From an uncultured Planctomycetaceae bacterium (GTDB lineage: Bacteria > Planctomycetota > Planctomycetia > Planctomycetales > Planctomycetaceae), in assembly GCA_963976765.1 (NCBI GenBank), contig CAXBME010000019.1, forward strand, positions 1-64,000: 64,000 nucleotides of DNA, written 5' to 3'. A program made the position numbers and the translations under genes. Shown here one piece after another: positions 18,097-33,400 of this stretch; within the stretch, counting starts at the first letter, position 1; every line of letters begins with the position of its first letter. The notes under the pieces are model-generated. The model saw only the letters and a program-made list of their open reading frames with translations, had not been told where the DNA came from and did no database searches.

Positions 18097-19254
18097 TCAT
18101 CGTTGCTGTTCGGATCGGCGAAACTGGCTGGGGGAAACTCCAACGGCTTTTTTGAAGGCGACGGATAAATATTCGTCATGCTGAAATCCGGTTCGACGGG
18201 CGATGGCGGAAAGAGGCAGGTCGGTTTCAATGAGCAGTTGCCGGACTCGATCGATTTTCAATCGTGTGATTTCTTCGTGAGGCGTCCGTCCCAGGATCTT
18301 CCGAAACCGGCTTTCAAGACTCCGTCGAGTGACGGGAACTTCTCGCAGTACATCGCTGACGTTGATCCCTTTCCAGGCGTTCTCTCGAATGAACCGAACG
18401 GCCGCAGCGACATCGGCGTCGTCAATAGCGAGCGTGTCTGTTGATTGTCTTGTCTTGATGCCAAGTGGTCTGATCAGTGACGCCTCTGGTTTTACTTTTA
18501 CGCCGGACATCATTTGATTCAGCAATGAAGCCGCTTCGTAACCGGTGCGGTGTGTGTTGCTGATCACGCTGGATAGGGGCGGGTCGGCGAGTTCACACAG
18601 CAGTTCGTCATTGTCGACACCAATTACCGCGACCTCTTCGGGAACGGCGATGTCCAGCTCGCGGCAAACATCCAGTAACTGCTGCGCCTTGATGTCGTAA
18701 CAGGCCATGATGCCAACCGGACGAGGCAGGTGCTTCAGCCAGGTGACGATTCCTTGCTTCTCGCGATTCCACGAGTACTTCGGATCCGAGCGAGGGATTG
18801 AACGGTGAACGTGAACGTCGCAACCGGCTTCCTGAGCCAGGCGTGCAAAGTGCTGTTCGCGCCAGTTCGACCAGTTAAATCCAGGGTCGCCGCAAAAAGC
18901 CAGTTGTCGAAAGCCGCGTTCGATGAGGTGTTCGACGATCAGCTCGCAGATAGCCAGGTCATTGGTCTCGACCCATGGAATGTTGGGCAGGTGGCGTGCA
19001 GCGCTGACGTCGACGACAGGGCATTTTACTTTTCTCATCACGGTCGCGATCTGGTCGTTCTCGATGCGTGCAATGATGCCGTCGCCCTTCCAGTTGGACA
19101 GCCAGGCTGGCGGAGTCGCCCCTCGCTCCTGTTCGGGAAAAAACACAGACCATGGTTCGTGATGCCTGATATAGTCGGCGATGCCGCTCAATACGCCCCG
19201 CGCGTATGCATTGGATGATTCAATCAGGAGTGCTACCGATCGACGGTGATTCAT
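18097..19254 (-). CDS. XylR-type transcriptional regulator (periplasmic-binding-like domain + AraC HTH)
   Basis: ORF to 19308, likely ATG at 19254. Motifs VALLIESSNAYARG, VPEEVAVIGVDND, PPLSSV, RQSTD and a C-terminal AraC double HTH. Confidence 0.9.
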   Translation of the reverse strand: MNHRRSVALLIESSNAYARGVLSGIADYIRHHEPWSVFFPEQERGATPPAWLSNWKGDGIIARIENDQIATVMRKVKCPVVDVSAARHLPNIPWVETNDLAICELIVEHLIERGFRQLAFCGDPGFNWSNWREQHFARLAQEAGCDVHVHRSIPRSDPKYSWNREKQGIVTWLKHLPRPVGIMACYDIKAQQLLDVCRELDIAVPEEVAVIGVDNDELLCELADPPLSSVISNTHRTGYEAASLLNQMMSGVKVKPEASLIRPLGIKTRQSTDTLAIDDADVAAAVRFIRENAWKGINVSDVLREVPVTRRSLESRFRKILGRTPHEEITRLKIDRVRQLLIETDLPLSAIARRTGFQHDEYLSVAFKKAVGVSPSQFRRSEQQR

Positions 19255-19554
19255 CGCTGGAAATCTACCGGGTTGGCTCAAAGGCAATGGTGAAAGTTCA
19301 TGCTGCATAAGACTCGCCGAGTATCAGGACAACGCTTCGTGTCTCAAAATGCAAGTGCGAACTGTCGGTAAAATATCTCAAGTTTTTTGACGCACTTCTT
19401 CATGGAATTCAGTCATCGAGCCTGGAAGATGTCCGGTTCTGAATCGATCGGGCCGTTGTGTTTGTAGCCTGCTGGATCACAATGACCGACTTGAACGATG
19501 TTGGCCAGACGCGGCGAATGGCCCACCGGAACTACACCTGCGAAAGGGAAACTG

Positions 19555-20673
19555 ATGAGCGGAACAGTCAACGGAGCGATGATCGGTCTGGGGTTCGGGG
19601 CTGAGTTTCTACCGATTTACGCGGTACACCCGAACGCAAATATCTCAGCGATCTGCCGACGGGATGAAGCGGCACTCAAAAAGTCAGGCGATCAGTTCGG
19701 AATCGAAAAACGATACACCAGCTACGACGACGTGCTCGCCGATTCGGACATCGACTTCGTGCATATCAACAGTCCGATTCCCGATCATGCATGGATGTCG
19801 CTGAAGGCTCTCGACGCAGGCAAGCACGTCATGTGTACGGTCCCGATGGCAACGACCATCGACGAGTGCCGGCAGATTGTCGAGAAGGTCAAAGAGACTG
19901 GTCTGAAATACATGATGGCCGAAACTGTCGTTTACAGCCGCGAGTATCTCTTCATCAAAGAGATGTACGAGAAGGGCGAACTCGGAGAGATTCAGCATCT
20001 GGCCGCGTCGCATCCCCAGGACATGGACGGCTGGCCGAGTTACTGGGAAGAAATGATTCCCATGCACTACGCGACGCATGTCGTCAGCCCGTGCCTGGGA
20101 CTCGTTGACGGTCTGGCCGAATATGTCAGTTGCTTCGGCTCGGGAAAAGTGCGGGAAGACATCGCGAAGAAGTCAGGTAACGCGTTCGCGCTGGAGTCAG
20201 CCCACATCAAAATTAAAGACTCAGACCTGACGGCACACATCTGGCGGTGCCTGTACGACGTCGCGCGGCAGTACCGCGAAAGCTTCGACGTTTACGGCAC
20301 GAAGAAAAGTTTCGAATGGACGCTGGTCGAAAACGAGCCACATGTCATTCACACGGCCAAGAAGCCAGAACCGCAAATTCCGGAGAAGATTGAAGTTCCG
20401 GACTACGCTCATCTGCTGCCTGAGCCAATCCGGAAATTCACATTGCCGGCAGAGATTCATGACGCAGGACACCTGTCGTTCATCCAGGGCGGCGGCCACG
20501 GCGGCTCGCATCCGCACCTGGTCAACGAATTCGTAAACTCGCTTCTGGAAGACCGCGATCCTCGGCCTAACGCCGTGACCAGTGCCAACTGGACCTGTGT
20601 CGGAATCTGCGCCCATGAGTCCGCGACAAAGGGCGGAGAAATCGTGCGACTGCCCGAGTTCACTCTCGGTTAA
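19555..20673 (+). CDS. Gfo/Idh/MocA-family NAD(P)-dependent oxidoreductase
   Basis: ORF from 19498, likely ATG at 19555; Rossmann IGLGFG, DIDFVHINSPIPDH and ALDAGKHVMC. Confidence 0.9.
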   Translation: MSGTVNGAMIGLGFGAEFLPIYAVHPNANISAICRRDEAALKKSGDQFGIEKRYTSYDDVLADSDIDFVHINSPIPDHAWMSLKALDAGKHVMCTVPMATTIDECRQIVEKVKETGLKYMMAETVVYSREYLFIKEMYEKGELGEIQHLAASHPQDMDGWPSYWEEMIPMHYATHVVSPCLGLVDGLAEYVSCFGSGKVREDIAKKSGNAFALESAHIKIKDSDLTAHIWRCLYDVARQYRESFDVYGTKKSFEWTLVENEPHVIHTAKKPEPQIPEKIEVPDYAHLLPEPIRKFTLPAEIHDAGHLSFIQGGGHGGSHPHLVNEFVNSLLEDRDPRPNAVTSANWTCVGICAHESATKGGEIVRLPEFTLG

Positions 20674-20845
20674 CGAACCAGGGGCTGGAGCCACGGCCGG
20701 GCACGGATAAACGCGGAGGGTATGGATGATCCAGGAAACAATCTGTGTTTATCAGTGCAAATTGAGGCTCTTCTCAGAGTGACTTTTAGTGTCTGAACTT
20801 CGTTCAAGAATCGGTCCGATTACTGGACCGTAGAGTGGATCGACT

Positions 20846-25249
<4,404 letters not shown>

Positions 25250-25384
25250 TCGTTAGACCATTGATGTTTGGGGGCACGCTGCGCACGGAAGTTCTTACCC
25301 GGCTTTTAGAGGTGATATTCATCAACGGGGGCGATGTAGGGGCGTCTTGAATCGGTTTCGAACGACTGAAGATGCCTGGCTTCG

Positions 25385-27106
25385 TTAGTCGGACGCGGTT
25401 TGGCTGGAAGACTCCAATGACTCGTCGGTTGGATTGTCTGGCGCAGCCGAGAGTGTCAGTTCCGGGGGCGTGTCGCCTCGGATGCGGGCTCGTGCGTATT
25501 CCAGTTGGGGTGAGAATTCCTGATTGGATGCGTACAGAGCGATGATGCTGTTCCATATTTTTTGAGCTTCGACCAGCCGCCCGGATGTCAGGAACTCGTC
25601 GGCCTGGAGTAGCGACGAGTTTACAAAGGTAATTCGGTCTGCTGACGTGTCGACGGTTGCTTCGATGTCGGCAATCTGGGCTTCAGCAAGTTGTACGAAG
25701 TAGCGGTCTTCGGAGTCTGCGGACGGATTCTCCTTCGCTTTGAGCAGGACGATGATGCTGCGGTACTGGTCCAGGGCGGTGATACGGTCTCCGAATTGTT
25801 CAAAACGCCAGGCTTCCATGAAGAGTCGTTCGGGCTCAGATTTCGGATCGAGATTCACTCGCGCGGAGTTAACCAATCGGCGTTTCAATCGGCTGACCTG
25901 GACCTGGTCGATGAACTGACGAGCCTGCTCGGCATGCTGACCATCCGGGAACCTGTCAATCATCGGTTGCAGGTAAAGTCTCACGGCGTCGCTCCATTGC
26001 ACGACGTCGTCGCTTTCCATCAATGGCTGTGCCTGAGCGAAAAGTTCGTCTTCGCTGGCTGGCCAGACGGCATACGCGGTCGCACCGATCAATGCGGCCA
26101 GGCAGGCTGAAAGGAACCAGCTCGTTTCCCAGAAAGGCCCCCGGCGCCGGCGTTTCTTTTTTTTTCGACTGCCGCTCCTCAGCAGTTTTTTCAGTTCAGG
26201 ATGAACATCGGCCATGCTCGCTGTGCCTGGGCCGCCCGCAGTGATCTGTGTGGCGACACTCGCCTGGTCAGAGACCCGCAGAACCACCTCTTCAAGAGCC
26301 ATCATTACCGACGCGGCATCGTGGGGGCGTCTGGATGGTTCCTTTTCCAGAAGTTGAGCGATGACGTTTTCCAGCCAGATTGGGCATTCGACGGCGAGTT
26401 GTCGGACGGATGGTGGAGCTTCCTGAAGGTGCTTCACCATCAGGTCGCCAGCCGTGATTCCTTCGAAGGGTGTTTTCCCGGTGAGCATTTCGAACAGGAC
26501 ACAGCCCAGCGCATAGAGATCCGTCTTTCCCGTGATGGCGTGCTTTCCGTCGATTTGTTCAGGGGCCATGTACGCGTAAGTGCCGACAGTCATGCCGGTG
26601 GCTGTCAGACCTGTCGCGTCCATGTCTCTGGCGATGCCAAAGTCGCCGAGCACGAGTTTCTCGACGCCAGTTTTACGGTCCATCCGAAGGAACAGGTTGG
26701 CTGGCTTCAGATCTCGGTGGATCACGCCGTTCTCGTGTGCGTGATCGAGGGCGTCGCTGATTTGCTGACCGAATTCAACCACCTGCTCCCAGGGGAGCGC
26801 GCCTCTCCGTTTGAGCAGTTCAGCCAGCGTACCGCCGCCCATCAATCTCATCGCATAGAAATGCTGGCCTTTGCTCTCGCCGCCACCGTAGTAACGTGTG
26901 ATATTCGGGTGGTCGAGCTTCTCGAGAATTTCCATCTCTCGCTCGAACCGCGCGACGAGTTTCGGATTCGCAGACAGCTCGGGGCTTAGCACTTTCAGGG
27001 CGACAATGCGACCGTTTTTACGGTACGCCGCGCGGTAGACGATGCCCATTCCGCCGGAGCCGAGCTTGCTCTCCAGGTCGAACGGGCCAATAGATTTAGG
27101 CAGCAT
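25385..27106 (-). CDS. Membrane-anchored Hanks-type Ser/Thr protein kinase
   Basis: LGSGGMGIVY, VALK, HRDLKPAN, DFG, GTYAYMAPEQ and DLYALG; KKKKRRRR then a TM helix and an extracytoplasmic helical domain. Confidence 0.95.
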   Translation of the reverse strand: MLPKSIGPFDLESKLGSGGMGIVYRAAYRKNGRIVALKVLSPELSANPKLVARFEREMEILEKLDHPNITRYYGGGESKGQHFYAMRLMGGGTLAELLKRRGALPWEQVVEFGQQISDALDHAHENGVIHRDLKPANLFLRMDRKTGVEKLVLGDFGIARDMDATGLTATGMTVGTYAYMAPEQIDGKHAITGKTDLYALGCVLFEMLTGKTPFEGITAGDLMVKHLQEAPPSVRQLAVECPIWLENVIAQLLEKEPSRRPHDAASVMMALEEVVLRVSDQASVATQITAGGPGTASMADVHPELKKLLRSGSRKKKKRRRRGPFWETSWFLSACLAALIGATAYAVWPASEDELFAQAQPLMESDDVVQWSDAVRLYLQPMIDRFPDGQHAEQARQFIDQVQVSRLKRRLVNSARVNLDPKSEPERLFMEAWRFEQFGDRITALDQYRSIIVLLKAKENPSADSEDRYFVQLAEAQIADIEATVDTSADRITFVNSSLLQADEFLTSGRLVEAQKIWNSIIALYASNQEFSPQLEYARARIRGDTPPELTLSAAPDNPTDESLESSSQTASD

Positions 27107-27498
27107 CGAGGATCCTCAGGAAGTGGCAGGCCCGCCATTTCGATTGTTGCGCGAACGCCCAGGAGACGCAATGGGGAGTTGAAGACGCGCATCGGTCCCG
27201 TCTTTGTGCTCCCTTTTGTCAATAATGTTGCCGATTCTCAACATTCAACAGGGACGTTGCCGGAACGCCACCTCCTGCCATCTCCGGTAGGGAAAGCGCG
27301 ATCGTGCACAGCGAACACAGATTTCCGGCTTTGCCGGTCGCGAAGCCAGAGTTTTCCGACTTGTTTCAGCGGGGAGGGTATATCTCATTACGGCGAGATT
27401 CCGTCGTTGTGCGCGCGAGCTGCCGAGATAGAGATTGTGACGCGCGAACGGCTCGGCGGACTCAATTGGTTGAACACCTCACTTTGTCTGGTGGTGAT

Positions 27499-30400
27499 AT
27501 GTCGGGACAGTTTGAAACTCACGGTCACACGGTTCGCTCCATTCGGCCAGTACGTCAGGTGCTCGTTATTGAGCCTGTGCAGCAGCATCATGGCTTGCAG
27601 GCGATTCTTCTACTGCCAGGAACGCAGTGCACGATTGGCTCGTCGCGGGCGTGTACGTTGACCGTGCGTGCTCAGGCGATTTTACCGCAGCATTGCCTGA
27701 TTGTTTCCGGAGCCAACAGCACTCTGCTTAAAGAGTGGGGCGACAGTACCTGGCTGAACGATCGGCCCGTGCGGGAGTCGATGGAGCTGATGGAGAACGA
27801 TCGTCTGGCAATTGGTCCCACAGAGTTCCGAATTCGGCAGGCGCATGCTGAAGAGATTGACGCAGCGTATTCAGGAAACGATGACGGCGATTCTGTGAAT
27901 AACGTGTCGCTGCCGGTTGAAGAGTTGAATCATCAACGTGCGCAGCTGGCTGCGCAGCAGCAACGACTGGCAGACGAAGCCGCTGGTCTCGATAGTCGGG
28001 AGCAGAAGTTGCTGAACCGTGAGAAGGAACTCAATGCTCGCTTCGAAGAACTGGATGAGCAGTTCAAATCGCTCTGCGAGCGTACCGGTGCGGCTGGGAC
28101 AGGTGACCTCAACGAGCAGCTTCTCACACTACAGGGAAACGGTGACGTTCTGAAGGCGGAGCGTGAAGAGCTGGAGCGGCTTCGCAAAGAACTGGAAGAA
28201 TCGCGTGCCGAACAACTGAATCGCGAGACTGAATTCAAGGATCGCGAACGGGATCTCGATCGGCACCGTGCGGCACTGGCGAATCAGGAGCTTGATCTTG
28301 AGCATCGTCGTAAAGAATTCAGGCAACGTGAAGAAGCAGCTGAGAAACTGCACGCTCAATACCTGGAGCAGGAGAAGTCCGTTGAGATCCAGCGCCGGGA
28401 GTTTGATCGACGACAGAAAGAGCTGGATGAGCAACGTAGTTCGCTCGAAGCCTTGCGCGAACAGTTAACTGAGAAAGGTGACTGGAGCGACGGAGAAGTT
28501 TCTTCAGCGAAGAAGCTGATCGATGTTGAACGCGAAGAACTGGCACGTCACAAGGCTCAGATGGAGAGAGAACGGCGGGATCTGGACGCTCGCCAGAAAG
28601 AGTTTGAGCTGAAGCAGCAGTCAGTTTCCTACGAAGTTGAAGACGCCGAACGCCGCGTTGCCATCCTTAAAGACCGCGAACAACGTCTGGCTGAACAGGA
28701 TGAAGAGCTGCGTCAACGCGAGCGGGAACTGGATGAGCAGCTGATCCTGCTGACTGAAAAAACGAGCGAGGCCGGCGGTGAAGACAACCAGCAGGAAGCT
28801 TTCAGAGAACAGTTGCATCGTCTGGCGGAATCGCTGCGCAAGCGCGAAGAGACTTTGCGAAACCAGATTGAGCGTTACAACAGAGACATCGCGCAGTGGC
28901 AGGATCAGCTTGAATCGCAAAGGACGCTGCTTGAATCGCGGTTGAGCGAAGCTGGTCGCAAAGAAGAGTTTTTGTCGCGGCGAACTCAGGAGCTGGCGGA
29001 CCGTGAACGCAATCTGATGAAGCAGCTCACTGACGTCGAACGAAAAACAGTCGACACTTCGGCGCAGGAAGTCACGTTGCTGGATCTGGAGACTCGCGTC
29101 AAACGGCAGCAGGCCGATCTTGATTCGCGAGAGCGGGAGCTGAGGATTCAGGAAACGGAAATTTCGGAACAGCGAGAAGCGTTTGAAAAGACGATGGACG
29201 ATGTCGAGTCTCGTCGAAAGGAACTTGAACGCCGACAACTGGAACTCGACGAACGGACGCGTGAATTCGAACGAACGCTGGGGACGCGGGAAGCTGAAGT
29301 TGCCAGCCGTGCGAAGGAAGTCGAAGAGCAAAGCAAATCACTTAAAGAACGTGTCTTACGGGCTGACTCTTTGGAGAGAACGCTGGCCGAACAACAGCGG
29401 GCCTGTGAAGAGGCACGGGAAGAATTTGAGCGGCAGAAGCTGGAGTGGGACCAGCGAGTTCATGACTCGGAAGGAAAAATTTCCGAGCAGGAGCATGAAT
29501 TCGAGGAACGGACGCACGCCTTGAAAATCGAGTTGGATGAACGCGAGTCGCGGATTGTTCAACGGGAATCTGATCTGCAGAAGCTGCGCGAAGAGATTCG
29601 TCACTCCGAAGATCGCCTGCGGGTTGAACAGGAAGAGTTGAGCCGGCAGCGTTCTGAGATGCAGACGCTGATTGCAAAAGCATCGACCACCGAAGGCGAC
29701 CTCGAAGAGGCCCGTCAGCAATTGATTCAGGATGAGTTGAGAGTTCAGGAAGAAGCCAGCCGCCTGACGCGAGACCGGCACGAGGTGGATCGCCGCGCAG
29801 AAGAGCTGGAGCGAGACCGTTCAACTCTGGCCGTCGAGCAGAAAGAGCTTGTCGAACAACGTGCTCGCGTGACGGAACTTGAAGAACGCCTCGAACAGAA
29901 CGAGCTGAAGCTGAGTGAAGAACGCAGTGAGCTGACGGTTCAACTGGCGCGATGTCAGGATGAAAAAACGGCAATCGAGCAACAGCGCAAAGAACTGGAT
30001 GAAGTTCGCGCCGATCTGGATCGAAAGCACTTTTCGCTGGTTGAGCAGGAAGCTCAGCTTGAGCAGGAACGCGAGACGCTGCAGGAAGGGCGAGCCAGTC
30101 TTGAAACGCAGTTACTGGGACTCGATCAGGAAAAAAGCAAGCTCGAAGAGAAAACGAAAGCGTACGGTACGGCTCAGTCGGCGCTGGACGATTATCACGC
30201 GTCGTTGAAGGCAGATCGTGAACGGCTGGAACGTGACCGCAAGAAATTACAGGAAGCTCAGGCCGAGCTTCGTCGTCGTGATGCCGAGCTGGAGACTTTG
30301 CGCTGCGACATGGACGAGGAACGCCAGCGGATTGAAACGGAGTATTCAGGAATTGATGCCTCCCGTGAATCGTTTCAGCTCGAAAAAGTGGCAATGCATC

Positions 30401-33400
30401 AGCAGCAGGCTGAGTTGAAAGAGGAACTTGATCGGCTGGATGTTGCGAGAAAGGAGATTGCTGCCGCTCGCGCTGACGTTGTATCACAGACAGAAGAAAT
30501 GCACGAGAAGCGGATGCAGCTGGAAGAGCTTGATGTTGAGTACACGTTGAAGCAGAGTGAGCTGGCGAAGACGGCAGAAGCCTTGGAGCAGGAACGCAAC
30601 GCTCTTGACCAGCAATCCACGAAGATCGACGAGTGGCAGCAGGAGTTGAATGATCGGGAAGCTCAACTTGCCGAAGAGCAGAGTCTGCTGGAGAAGGAAC
30701 GCGAAGAGGCGGATCAGCAGCGAGAGAAAATTGATGCGGAAGCAGTGGAACTCGAAGCCGTTCGTGTGGAAGCGGAAGAGCTTCGCGAGCAGTCTCAATC
30801 GGCAGCTTCCGAACTGGCAGCGCGTCAGCAGGAGTTCGAAGCAGAACAGCTTGCCCGGCGCGAACAGATTGCTGAAGAGCGGCAGAGCATCATCGAGCAG
30901 CAGGCGGAGATCTTCCGGACGCTCGATCAGTTTGCGAAGGACAATGCCGAATTCAACGACGAAAAAACTCGCCACGAAGAAGACTTGCAGGCCCGGCACG
31001 CGGAACTGGATGTTCAACTTGCAGAACTCGCCGCGCGGGACCTTGAGCTGGACGAGGCGCGTGCGGCCTTCGCCATTGCTCAGGAACAACTGGCCAATGA
31101 TCGTGCCGAATTCACTCGCAACCGCCGTGAGTTTGACAACGATCGCGAACAGCTCGATGTCGAGCGGGTCGAAATTTCTGAGCAGCGGCAGGAGCTTGAA
31201 GCAGCGCTGGCCCGGCTTGCGATTGAGCAGGGTGAGCTGGCCGCTGCCCGCGACGCGCTTGCCGAAGAATCGTCTCAACTGGGAGTTCGAAGGGCGGAAC
31301 TGGAGAGTCATCAGGCCGAACTTTCTGCCGGGCGAGCGGAGATTGAGCAGCGAGAGGCTCATCTGAAAAGCAGTCAGCAGGAACTCGATCAGAATGTCGA
31401 GGACTTGCGTCTTGAGAAAGAGACTCTGGAACTTCGCCAGGCTCAGATGCAGTCGGAACAAGCGAAAATTGATGCCGACCGCGAGTGCCTGGATGAACGC
31501 GACGCTGAGATCGAGAAGGCGGAGCAGGAGCTGGCCGAACAGCGAGTCGAATGCAGCGTTGATCGCGACGAATTGAAAACGCAGCGCACGCAGCTCAATG
31601 AGTTGCGGACGAGCCTTGAAGCTGAACGCGGCGAAGTATCGGCGGAACGTGCTCGGCTGGCTCTTGAGCAGGCGAAGGTCGAGTCGCAGTATGCGAAGAT
31701 CGAAGCTGAGAAAACCCGCATTGATGCCGACCTCGCGCGAGTGGAAACGGAGAAAGCTGAAGTCGCCGCGGATCGGCATCATGTTGACGCGCTGAAGAAG
31801 AAACTGGAGTTGCTGGAGAATCAACTTGGCGATGCCAAGAAAGCGCTGAATGAAGACCGCGAAGCGCTGCACGGTCGGATGGAAGAATTGAATGTCGAAC
31901 ACGCGGACCTGCGTGAGGAGCGGCATCGAGTTGAAACCGGGAAGGTCGAACTTGCAGGGCAGGGGACTGAGCTGGCGGAACGCGAGCAGGAACTGACGAC
32001 ACGGTTGGAGCAGGCGATTCTTGAACTGAAAGCCGAACGTGAGTTGCGTGACAGCGATCGTCGACGTGTCGCTGAGCTGGAGCAGAAACTGCTGACCGGT
32101 GACAGCGACCCAGACGAAGCTCAGCAGGAGCTGATGGGACGCGTTGAGGGAGCGTTGAAAGAGCTGGAGAAAGAGCGACTGCAACGAGACCAGGATCGGC
32201 ATCGTGTCGCGGAAATCGAAAAGCGAATGGCCGATGAACAGGCCGAGTTGGCGGCGTTGCGGGCTCAGATTGCTCAGGAAGAAGAGAAGGTCCAGTCACA
32301 TCGGATCGGCGTGTCGGCGAAAGCGGATGAGTTGTCAACGTTGCAGATGAAGCTGGCTCAGAAGGAAATGGAGCTGACCCGAATTCGTGAAGAGGTGGAA
32401 ATCGAACAGCATTCTGTCACGTCGCAATTGGAACAGCTTGGGTCGGGACGCGAGAAGCTCAAGTCCGACTGGCAACGTCTCGATACAGAACGGGACAACC
32501 TGGTTTCGCAGAACCACAGTGTCAGTCGTCAGGCACGCGATCTGGCAGAGCGTCTTGAAGATGCTATCGAGCAATTGCAGAAGGAAAGACTGGCCCGCGA
32601 AGCCGATCGAACTCAGCTTCACGAAGTTGAAGCGAGATTCGAAGAAGGACAGCAGCAGCTGCAGCAGATGCGGCAGCAATTAACGGCTGAGAAGCAGAAG
32701 CTGCTGGCTCGACAGCGAAAGCTGGCTCAGAAAGAGACCGAAATCAAAGGTGCGTCGAAGTCTCTGGAGGCAAACCGCGAAGGCTTGCAGTCGCAAATTG
32801 CCGTGATGACCAGCCGTATCGAACGACTGCTTGCTGAACGTGACGACCTGGACAATCGGCAGCAGGCTCTGACGCATGAGCTTTCCGAGACAGACGACGA
32901 ACATCTCAAAGAACGCCTGCAGATGGCTCTTGAAGAGTTGCAGTACGAGCAGCGTGCCCGGCATCTGGAGCGGCAACAGCTTGCGCAAATGGTACAGCAG
33001 TTCTCGCATGTCAAAGAAAAGTTGATTCAGGAGCAGGGACGACTGAGCAAGGCTGTCACCGATCTGGCGGAAGACAGTTCCAATCGCGAGCAGACGATCG
33101 ATCTTGAATTTGATGTTGATGACGTTCTGGCAAGTGACGAATCCGGCGAGGCCGATCTGTGGGGCGCCGGCGAGACGGAAGCGTCACGCCTGGAAGGGCG
33201 AGTCGAAGAAATCGAGGCGGAAGTTGAATCGCTGCGGCAGGAACGTGATGAGCTGGCTCAGAAACGGGAAGAAACAGAAGAGGCGATGAACGAGTTGCTC
33301 GAAGCGGGTTCTGCAGAGCAGGAAGATCTTTGGAACGTGGAAGACAACCACGATGACGAATCGGAATTGGAATCTGAACTGGTCGGTGAAGCGGAGTCCG

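Noticed and set aside
20674..20845. Cluster of five GGA motifs upstream of the PVC heme gene as a CsrA target
   Set aside because: Only two are ANGGA, they are not in clear hairpin loops, and they lie ~100 nt from the start codon; could be chance.
28621..32202. Long minus-strand ORFs (236, 381 and 572 aa) opposite the giant coiled-coil gene
   Set aside because: Antisense shadows caused by biased Glu/Gln/Arg/Leu codon usage; Leu/Phe/Ser-rich and without motifs.
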